Below the pieces are notes generated by a model. It was not told where the DNA came from and made no database searches. It saw only the letters and a program-made list of their open reading frames with translations. Positions 56,098-63,432 of a stretch of 63,432 nucleotides of DNA are shown one piece after another (within the stretch, counting starts at the first letter, position 1; each line of letters starts with the position of its first letter). Where the stretch lies: positions 1 through 63,432 of the forward strand of contig DAOTVT010000123.1 of assembly GCA_034436295.1 (NCBI GenBank). The letters are read 5' to 3'. The DNA is from Anaerolineae bacterium (lineage in GTDB: Bacteria > Chloroflexota > Anaerolineae > DTLA01). The translations under genes were made by a program, and so were the position numbers.

Positions 56098-58512
56098 ATG
56101 AATCCAGCACCGACAAGGCGCTTGACGCTGCAGCAGCGCGCCGTGGGCGCTCTTGTTGTATGTGCTCTGCTCATCCTAGCACCAGGCACTGTCCAGGCGC
56201 AGCAGCCCCCGTATGTTCCCCCCATGCCTCAAGATGTCCAGACTCCAGACATGCCCGACAGAACGGGCGAAATGAGCATTGCGCTTCGGGCCGACGCGCC
56301 GCAGATCACCGAGGACGATGGCGGCTACCAGATAGTCTCCCTGGGCGGCATGGACTATGTGAGCATCGCGGGCGCGCCGCGCCTGCCGGTGCAGCATGTG
56401 GAAGTGCAGTTGCCCGCAGGGACGCGCCTGGCACAGTACAGCCTGCAAGACGTTGTGGCAGAGGCCCTTCCGGGCACATACAACCTCGCGCAGGTGGCTC
56501 CCGAGGCCGAAAGCGAGGGTGGCGTCCGGGCCCCCATTCTGTTTGAACCGCCCGCGTCCCATGTGTTCCCCGATTCGCCGGTGGAGGTGAGCGCCACCCA
56601 GCAACGCGGCAATGCCCAGGTCATCACCTTCCGCTTCTACCCGCTTCAGTACAACCTGGCCACGCGCACGCTCTCGCTCATCCGCAGTGCGCGGCTGTCG
56701 GTGCGCTACCAGCGCATCGGCCGACAGCCAGACCAGGGCGGCATCGGGCCGTCGGAGCCAGCGGGCGCGCCCGCGCCTTCCGATGTCAACACGCAGTCCA
56801 CGCGCAACCCGGGCTACGCCATCGCCGTGCGCAGCGACCTGGCCCAGGCCGCCAGCATCCTCAACTTCAAGCGCCACAAGGAATCGGAAGGCTTCACCGT
56901 GTACCTGGTGTCGCCCGAGGACTGGGCAACCTACACCGGCAAGGACAGCGCCGACAAGTTTCGGGCTTTCCTCCAGGCCAAGTGGCGCGACTGGAACTTG
57001 CAGTATCTTCTCATCATCGGCAGCGCCTCGTCCATCCCGATGAAGACGCTGTACCCGTCCAACACCGATCACACCGGCACGTGGGCCACGCCGTCCGACA
57101 TGTACTACGCCGACCTCACCGGCGACTGGGACAAGGACAGGGACGGCTTCCCTGGCGAGTTCAAGGACGACGCCGTGGACTTCGGGGCCGAACTACTGGT
57201 GGGCCGCATTCCCTTTGACACCGAGGTCTACATCAGCACCGTGCTGGAGCGCACCATTGCCTACGAGACGACCTACGGCGACTGGCGGAAGCGCGCGCTG
57301 CTGGCGATGGCCATCCTGGACTATCAGCCCAACGGCGGCCCGCAGACCGACGGCGCGTACCTGGGCGAATCCATGCTGGGCTACCTGTCCAAGGCCGGCT
57401 TCAGCACCTGGCGCATGTACGAGGAAGACGGCAACGGCACAAAACTGCCCCACGACGCCGCGCTGGATCGCGACGCACTAGCCGCGAACTGGGCGAGCGG
57501 ATATGGATTCGTCTCATGGTGGGGGCACGGCAGCACCACCGGCGCGTACCGCACCCTGTGGACCGGCGCGCAGACCGTCCGCAAGCCTTTCGCCGACATC
57601 TACCACCTGAACTCGCTAGCGACCGACAACCCGCCCATCGTGTTCCAGAACGCGTGCTCCAACGGCGCTCCGCAGACCTACAGCCTGGCGGCCCAGGTGC
57701 TGCGCTACGGAGCCATCGCCACCGTCGCGCCCACGGCGATCACCTGGTACCGAACGGGCTGGCGGTCTCCTGCCGACGGGGGCAGCGCAACCCTGGCCTA
57801 CTACTTCGGGGATGAACTGGTAACCAAAGAGCAGCCGGTCGGCCAGGCGCTGGCCCGCGCCCGCGAGATGCACGCCGCCCGCTACCTCTCCTCGCCCGGG
57901 CAGCAGCAGACCGTCCTCGCGTTCGCGCTCTACGGCGACCCGTCGCTCCAGATGAAGCCGCGCCCGCGACAGCACACCGTCCAGATCGCCGTCAAGGAGG
58001 GGTGGAACCTGCTGGCGATGCCCGCGATGGAGCAACCGCTCCCTCTGCCCGATGCGCTGTCGTCCATCGCCGGCGTGTGGGAAGAAGTCCACGCCTACGA
58101 CCCGCTGGATGCGCAGCAGCCCTGGAAGACGTTCTTCGCCAACACGCCGACGCAGGCGAACACGCTCCGCCAACTGAACCCGTTGCAGGGCTTCTGGCTA
58201 CGGGCCAATGCAGCCGCCACCCTGACGCTCAACGTTCCGGTGCCTTTGACCGCGTCCAGCCAGGCCGTTGACATCCATCCTGGGTGGAACCTGGTCGGGT
58301 TCCCAGGCGACGCACCCATGACCGCCGAGGACGCGCTGCGAAGCATCGCCTGGGCGGTAGAATCCGTGTTCGCGCTGGACAACGACGCCGAGAGCGCGTG
58401 GCTCAGTTACAGCCCCTCGGCCGCCGCAGAAGCCAACACGCTTCGGACTCTGGAGCCTGGGCGCGGGTATTGGATTTACGCCACAGCGGCCGCAACCTGG
58501 CAGGTTCCGTGA
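56098..58512 (+). CDS. Secreted peptidase C25 (gingipain-like) family protein with duplicated C-terminal beta-domain
   Basis: Signal peptide. Candidate catalytic WWGHGS (His) and FQNACSNG (Cys). C-terminal repeats at 57976..58233 and 58258..58509. Confidence 0.75.
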   Translation: MNPAPTRRLTLQQRAVGALVVCALLILAPGTVQAQQPPYVPPMPQDVQTPDMPDRTGEMSIALRADAPQITEDDGGYQIVSLGGMDYVSIAGAPRLPVQHVEVQLPAGTRLAQYSLQDVVAEALPGTYNLAQVAPEAESEGGVRAPILFEPPASHVFPDSPVEVSATQQRGNAQVITFRFYPLQYNLATRTLSLIRSARLSVRYQRIGRQPDQGGIGPSEPAGAPAPSDVNTQSTRNPGYAIAVRSDLAQAASILNFKRHKESEGFTVYLVSPEDWATYTGKDSADKFRAFLQAKWRDWNLQYLLIIGSASSIPMKTLYPSNTDHTGTWATPSDMYYADLTGDWDKDRDGFPGEFKDDAVDFGAELLVGRIPFDTEVYISTVLERTIAYETTYGDWRKRALLAMAILDYQPNGGPQTDGAYLGESMLGYLSKAGFSTWRMYEEDGNGTKLPHDAALDRDALAANWASGYGFVSWWGHGSTTGAYRTLWTGAQTVRKPFADIYHLNSLATDNPPIVFQNACSNGAPQTYSLAAQVLRYGAIATVAPTAITWYRTGWRSPADGGSATLAYYFGDELVTKEQPVGQALARAREMHAARYLSSPGQQQTVLAFALYGDPSLQMKPRPRQHTVQIAVKEGWNLLAMPAMEQPLPLPDALSSIAGVWEEVHAYDPLDAQQPWKTFFANTPTQANTLRQLNPLQGFWLRANAAATLTLNVPVPLTASSQAVDIHPGWNLVGFPGDAPMTAEDALRSIAWAVESVFALDNDAESAWLSYSPSAAAEANTLRTLEPGRGYWIYATAAATWQVP

Positions 58513-58535
58513 TTCCAAAGACGCCGCAGAAAATC

Positions 58536-58571
58536 AAGCAGCCCTCCTCTCGGAGGGCTGCTTGTTTGTGT
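58536..58571. terminator. Bidirectional terminator between convergent C25 peptidase and TolB-like genes
   Basis: 12-bp stem AAGCAGCCCTCC/GGAGGGCTGCTT, with a T-rich run after it on the plus strand and an A-run before it. Confidence 0.65.
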
Positions 58572-58596
58572 GTTACCGGTGCGGCGGCCTGTCGGC

Positions 58597-60753
58597 TCAG
58601 CGGTTGCCGAGCAGCACGCCCAACCCCATGCGGCTTGCGTCTTCCTCGCCCGGGTTCCACATCGGATAGGCGTCAATGCGCGGGTGGCTGGTCAACTGCA
58701 CCGGCGTGCCCTTGCCGGTGATGTCCACCAGGTACAGGTTCCAGTTCTCATCCCGCTTGGACTGGAACACAACCCGACTGCTGTTGCAGTCCCAGGCTGG
58801 CGCTTCGTCCGCAGCAGGGTGATCCGTTACGCGAACCTCGGTGCCCGACGCAATCTCGGCCACGTAGATGTCGTTCCGGCCGTTTCTGTCCGACTGGTAC
58901 GCCAGGTAACGGCTGTCGGGCGACCACACGGCGTTCAGGTTATTGCCCGCGCCGCTCACCTTGACGGCCGCGCCACCCTCGGCAGGCATCACGTACACGT
59001 TCCACTGCCCCTCGCGGTTGGAGCGGAAGGCGATGTACCGCCCATCGGGCGAGTACACAGGGTCTGTCTCGTCGCTGCGCTCGCTCGTCAGTTGAACCAG
59101 GTCCGTGCCCGTGATATCCACCCGATAGAGATCCCAGTTGCCGTTACGGTTGGACTGGAAGATCACGTGGAACCCATCTGGAGACCAGAACGGATCCTCA
59201 TCAGCCGCCGGGTCATACGTGAGCCGCGTCTGACCGTTCCCGTTTTCGTCCATGATGTAAATCTCCCAGTTCCCATCCCTGTCCGACTGGAAGGCGATCT
59301 GCGAGGACCCGCAATCGGCCGTCCACACGGGATCTGTGTTGTTGCCGGCGTTGGCGGTCAGTTGCAGCAGATCCTGGCCGAAAGCGCCTATCCGGTAGAT
59401 GTTCCACGCGCCGGCGCGATTGGACTGGAACGCGATCCATGAGCCATCCGCCGAACGCGCTGGCGCCATGTCCACGCCCGCATCATTCGTGAGGCGAATC
59501 ACGTTGTTCCCTGCGATGTCCATACGGTACAGTTCCCAGTTGCCATCGCGGTTGCTGAGGAACGTGATCCAGTCCACGCATGCGCACAGCCCCTGGGGCG
59601 CAAACTGGGTTACGCGAACGCGGTACCCGTTGTTGCACTGCAGCAGATGCACGTTCTTGGCGTAGATCTTCACGAAGTACACGCCAGTGGCAGGTGCGGT
59701 GAAGACGATCTTGGACGCTTTGCCGTCGGCGTCGTCATTCGTGGCCAGCAGTGTCATGTCGGGGCCGTAGAGGGCGATCATCGTGTCCACGCCACCGAAC
59801 AGCCCGAACGTCTCAATCACGTACTCGTTGCCCGCCGTCGCGTTGAAGCGGATCCAGTCCACATCATGCTTGTGGTGGAAGTTGTGAGACTGTGGGGACC
59901 CGTCCACGGGAATCGGCTTCGCTTGAGCCCCGGAGTTGTCCGTCTCATAGGGGTCAGGGACAATTCCCGGACACTCAGGTGTAGCCGTAGGCGTCCGCGT
60001 GGCTGTCGCCGTGTGCGTGGGCGTTGCGGTCGGTGTCGGCGCAGGGTCGGTGCCTATGGGCTTTGTCGGCGTGGCCGTAGGCGTGTTCGTCGCCGTGCTC
60101 GTCGGCGTAGCCGTCGGCGTGTTCGCCGCTGTGCTCGTCGGCGTGGCCGTTGGCGTGTTCGTCGCGGTGCTGGTCGGCGTAGCCGTGGGCGTGTTCGTCG
60201 CCGTGCTTGTCGGCGTCGCTGTTGGCGTGTTCGCCGCGGTGCTGGTCGGCGTAGCCGTCGGCGTGTTCGTCGCGGTGCTGGTCGGCGTAGCCGTGGGCGT
60301 GTTCGTCGCCGTCTTGGTGGCAGTCGCTGTCGGGGTAGGCGTGCTCGGGCAAGGCCCGTGGCTTAGGTTGAACTGTCCCGACCAACTCGCGTAAATCGTG
60401 GCCGTTGCCGACACCACTTGCGAATCCAGGTGCAGCGTCGTGGAGTAATGCGCGGTGCCGCCTGTGAACTTATCCAGAGGTAAGGTTTCAACGGAGCCAT
60501 CAGCCCAATGCACCTCAATGGATGCAGGTGCACTCGCCTCGTCCGCCACTTGGGTGATGACGAAATGCCACTCGGAGTCATCGCACTCGTGATCGGTGAG
60601 CGCCTTGGCCGAGATGACTTTCGTGTCGGCCACACCAAATGGATTGAAAGCCGCCTCTGCAACCTGCGGCACGCTCACGACACCCAAGGGGAGCAGCAGA
60701 GCCAGGATCAGCAGCGCCACTCCAGTAAAGTGAGCGTACTGTCTTTTTGTCAT
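58597..60753 (-). CDS. Secreted TolB-like PD40 beta-propeller protein with PT-repeat linker and pre-peptidase C-terminal (PPC)-like domain
   Basis: Trimmed to the ATG at 60753 (MTKRQY..., signal peptide). 7 x 12-aa [11 protein letters not shown]. repeat. [19 protein letters not shown] (PPC-like). Repeated SNR.G.W.IY PD40 motifs. Confidence 0.8.
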   Translation of the reverse strand: MTKRQYAHFTGVALLILALLLPLGVVSVPQVAEAAFNPFGVADTKVISAKALTDHECDDSEWHFVITQVADEASAPASIEVHWADGSVETLPLDKFTGGTAHYSTTLHLDSQVVSATATIYASWSGQFNLSHGPCPSTPTPTATATKTATNTPTATPTSTATNTPTATPTSTAANTPTATPTSTATNTPTATPTSTATNTPTATPTSTAANTPTATPTSTATNTPTATPTKPIGTDPAPTPTATPTHTATATRTPTATPECPGIVPDPYETDNSGAQAKPIPVDGSPQSHNFHHKHDVDWIRFNATAGNEYVIETFGLFGGVDTMIALYGPDMTLLATNDDADGKASKIVFTAPATGVYFVKIYAKNVHLLQCNNGYRVRVTQFAPQGLCACVDWITFLSNRDGNWELYRMDIAGNNVIRLTNDAGVDMAPARSADGSWIAFQSNRAGAWNIYRIGAFGQDLLQLTANAGNNTDPVWTADCGSSQIAFQSDRDGNWEIYIMDENGNGQTRLTYDPAADEDPFWSPDGFHVIFQSNRNGNWDLYRVDITGTDLVQLTSERSDETDPVYSPDGRYIAFRSNREGQWNVYVMPAEGGAAVKVSGAGNNLNAVWSPDSRYLAYQSDRNGRNDIYVAEIASGTEVRVTDHPAADEAPAWDCNSSRVVFQSKRDENWNLYLVDITGKGTPVQLTSHPRIDAYPMWNPGEEDASRMGLGVLLGNR
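60080..60331 (-). repeat. 7 x 36-bp in-frame coding tandem repeat ([11 protein letters not shown]. linker)
   Basis: Units start at 60080, 60116, 60152, 60188, 60224, 60260 and 60296. Confidence 0.9.
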
Positions 60754-60920
60754 CGTAGTGTCCCTTCTGATGATGCAATGGATTCTGAACAGTTTGCGCT
60801 CGTTCAGTCGTGCATAGCATACCACCTGGCATGAATCCTGGATATGACCTATATCATGTTTCGTTGAAGACATCGTGAGCCAATGCAACTGAAGCCGCGA
60901 AACATAGCAGGCCGCGCGGA

Positions 60921-60957
60921 TAACAAAAACGCGGGGCCCTGCGAAGGGCCCCGCGTT
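60921..60957 (-). terminator. Intrinsic terminator after the upstream TolB-like paralog
   Basis: 12-bp stem AACGCGGGGCCC/GGGCCCCGCGTT, followed by TTTTTGTTATC on the minus strand. Confidence 0.65.
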
Positions 60958-60981
60958 CGGGGGAAGCAGATTCCAGATTGC

Positions 60982-63432
60982 CTAATGACCTATCGGGATG
61001 TGCACGCGATTCCTGTAGAGCCGCCCGATCCCCATGCGGCTCCCGTCCTCCGACGGCGGATTCCACATCGGGTACGCATCCACGTGCGGGTCATCGGTCA
61101 GCCGCACCAGCGCGCTCGTGTCCAGGATGTCGGTCATGTAGATTTCCCAGTTCCCATCGCGATTCGTGTGGAACACGATGTGCTGGCTGTCGCAAGACCA
61201 GGTCGGCGCTTCGTCCGTGGCCGCATTGTCCGTAACGCGCGTCTCCAGCAGCGTCAGGATGTTCACCGCGTAGATTTCGCTCTGCCCGTCGCGGTCGGAC
61301 TGGTACGCGAGCCACTGGCTGTCGGGCGACCACACCGCATTGAGATTGTTGCCCGCGCCGCTGACCCTGACCGCATCGCCGCCCGCCGCCGGCATCACAT
61401 AGGTGTGCCACTCGCCGTCGCGGTTGGAGCGGAAGGCGATGTACTGCCCGTCCGGCGACCACACGGGGTCAACCTCGTCCGCCGGGTCATTGGTCAACTG
61501 GATCAAGTCCGTGCCCGTTACATCCACCACGTAGATGTCCCAGTTGCCGTTGCGCCTGGACTGGAAGGCGATGTACATCCCATCCGGCGACCAGAACGGA
61601 TCCTCATCCGGGGCGGGGTCATCGGTCAGGCGCATCTGCCCGTTCCCGTTGCCGTCCATGATGTAGATTTCCCAGTTCCCGTCGCGGTCGGACTGGAACG
61701 CAATCTGCTCGCTCCCGCACGGCGTTGACCACATCGGATCCAGGTTGTTGCCCGCGTTGGCCGTCAGTTGCGTCAGGTTCTCGCCAAGCGCATCCACTTT
61801 GTAGATGTCCCACAGGCCGTTGCGGTTCGTCTGGAAGGCGATCCAGACCGCGTCCGAGGAGCGAGTCGGCGCCATGTCTATCGCCGGGTCATTGGTCAGG
61901 CGTACAGGCGTACCGCCCGCCGCATCCAGCCGGTACAGTTCCCAGTTGCCATCGCGGTCGCTGTGGAACACGATCCACTCTGGGCACGGGCACTCCAACT
62001 GCTGCTTGAACTCCTCCACCTTGACCTTGTACCGGTTCTCGCAGCCGCACAGTTCGGGATACTTGGGCCGTATCTTGACGTAGTACGTGCCCGAAGTTTC
62101 GGCGACCCAGGCGATCTGCGAGCCTTTGCCTCCGCCAAAGTCGTCGTTCGTGGCCAGAAGTGTCATGTCAGGCCCGTACAGTTCAATGATGGTGTCCACG
62201 AGCCGCGACAGGTCAAAGGTCGTGATGACGTACTCGTTGCCCGCCGTCGCGTTGAACTTGATCCAGTCCACGTCAGGCTCCTCGTGGAGACTGTGCAGTT
62301 GCGGCGTCCCGTCCACGGAGATGAACTTGGCCTGGCTGCTGGTGTTGTCCACCTCATAGGCGTCCGGCGGCTCGGGCGGACGAGTCGCGGTAACCGTGTC
62401 TTCCACGCCGATGGTAACCGGCCCGTTGCAATTCTCGGCGGTAACGCGGGCGCGCAGGCGAGTTACCGTGCCCGCAGGAACTGTGTCCCACAGGGCGTTG
62501 AAACTCACCGCTACCATCGTGCTGCGGCTTTCGCCCGCCGGCAGGTCGCCCACATTCCAGACATACGGCAGTATGTCGGCGATGTACCCTGCGCCTTCTA
62601 CAGCCTCTACCGTGATGACGATGTCCTGGAAACTGCCGCAGGTGCCGGTGTTCGTTACGGTCAGGTAGAAGGTCGCGTTCAGGTCGCAGACCTCAATATC
62701 TGCATCAAACGCCACCTTCAGTTCGCCGTTGCACCCGTGCAGTTCAAACGACAGCGTGTCGTATGCCGTGCAGCCGCTAGCGTCCGTAACCTTCACGCGC
62801 ACGGTGTAGGACCCCGCATCGGGGAAGACCCGGCACGGGCTCTGGCCGTTGTAGTCGTCGTACTGCCCGTCGTTGTCCAGATCCCACTCGTAGGTATACG
62901 GGGCCGCGCCGCCGGTGGCCACCGCCGTGAAGCAGGCTTCGCCCGTGCAGTCCGGCAGCGAGACAATCTCCGCCTCTACGGCCAGTTCGTCGTTGATCGC
63001 GTAGGTTGTGCTTGCCTGATCCATGCAGTTGTTGTTGTCAAACAGGCGCACGGCCACCGTGCCGGCCTTGGCATGACCGGTGATGGTGATGACCGTCTGC
63101 CGCGGGAACTCGCTGTACACGCCGTCGCCGTCGACATCCCAGACGAAGTAGTACGGAGGCTCGCCGCCGGAGACCCGCGTTACCGTGAAGACGGCGGTCC
63201 CCTCGCACTGATCCACGCTCTTGGTCAGGACGATTTGCGGCGGCGGCACATACACCACCGGCACAGGCTCCGAGGCGTCTTCGCACTGATTGTTGTCCGC
63301 CACAACCACGCTGTACGTGCCTGCAGTCGTGGCCAGATACGTGTCGGTGATCAGCGATGTCGGGCCGTGAGTGGCCACGAGGACGTCATTGCGATACCAG
63401 AAGTACGTGAAGTTCGCCTCGCCGCCGCTCAA
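60982..63432 (-). CDS. TolB-like PD40 beta-propeller protein with Ig/PKD-like repeats and PPC-like domain (5' end outside window)
   Basis: Open to the window edge. N-terminal Ig-like repeats, [21 protein letters not shown]40 repeats. Paralog of 58597..60753. Confidence 0.8.
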   Translation of the reverse strand: MSGGEANFTYFWYRNDVLVATHGPTSLITDTYLATTAGTYSVVVADNNQCEDASEPVPVVYVPPPQIVLTKSVDQCEGTAVFTVTRVSGGEPPYYFVWDVDGDGVYSEFPRQTVITITGHAKAGTVAVRLFDNNNCMDQASTTYAINDELAVEAEIVSLPDCTGEACFTAVATGGAAPYTYEWDLDNDGQYDDYNGQSPCRVFPDAGSYTVRVKVTDASGCTAYDTLSFELHGCNGELKVAFDADIEVCDLNATFYLTVTNTGTCGSFQDIVITVEAVEGAGYIADILPYVWNVGDLPAGESRSTMVAVSFNALWDTVPAGTVTRLRARVTAENCNGPVTIGVEDTVTATRPPEPPDAYEVDNTSSQAKFISVDGTPQLHSLHEEPDVDWIKFNATAGNEYVITTFDLSRLVDTIIELYGPDMTLLATNDDFGGGKGSQIAWVAETSGTYYVKIRPKYPELCGCENRYKVKVEEFKQQLECPCPEWIVFHSDRDGNWELYRLDAAGGTPVRLTNDPAIDMAPTRSSDAVWIAFQTNRNGLWDIYKVDALGENLTQLTANAGNNLDPMWSTPCGSEQIAFQSDRDGNWEIYIMDGNGNGQMRLTDDPAPDEDPFWSPDGMYIAFQSRRNGNWDIYVVDVTGTDLIQLTNDPADEVDPVWSPDGQYIAFRSNRDGEWHTYVMPAAGGDAVRVSGAGNNLNAVWSPDSQWLAYQSDRDGQSEIYAVNILTLLETRVTDNAATDEAPTWSCDSQHIVFHTNRDGNWEIYMTDILDTSALVRLTDDPHVDAYPMWNPPSEDGSRMGIGRLYRNRVHIPIGH

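Overview
High-G+C, gene-dense 63.4-kb window, almost entirely transcribed on the minus strand. Gene content and order suggest a Terrabacteria or Chloroflexota-like organism (low-confidence inference). I support 51 CDS and found no rRNA, tRNA, CRISPR array, transposase or integrase. Main blocks, in order: (1) 306..6592, an operon of DUF123(GIY-YIG)-DUF1848-GT2-radical SAM/SPASM-GT2-GT-C membrane protein. (2) Two MoxR/DUF58 modules. The first (6793..10795) has a B12-binding radical SAM enzyme wedged between MoxR and DUF58. The second (12357..15982) is the usual MoxR-DUF58 pair plus a DUF4129 membrane partner. (3) acpS and two tandem ugd paralogs. (4) A housekeeping string in Firmicute-like order, clpC-radA-yacL ... 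cysS-rlmB, interrupted by an A/T-richer mazF/DUF2281 toxin-antitoxin islet. It is followed by rpsA, a DUF3048 lipoprotein, pgk and yvcK. (5) A 17-gene LacI-controlled sugar, inositol or hexuronate-type catabolic/ABC-uptake cluster (34952..51196) with two near-identical consensus promoter-plus-operator cassettes. (6) An orphan two-gene hypothetical module. (7) A cell-envelope block: sugar transferase, C25 peptidase and two tandem TolB-like beta-propeller paralogs. The feature least explained by gene annotation is a set of modular GC-rich hairpin repeats, many with a GTAG head like REP/BIME elements. They fill at least eight intergenic sites. They include a 6.3 x 93-bp tandem array, and a 2.7 x 208-bp array inserted at the 3' end of radA and bracketed by a 28-bp duplication of the radA terminus. 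The best candidates for undescribed biology are the MoxR-rSAM-DUF58 operon, the repeat system, the DUF123/DUF1848 plus glycosylation operon, and the orphan pair at 51631..53678. All functional calls come from recognising motifs by eye; no database search was run.
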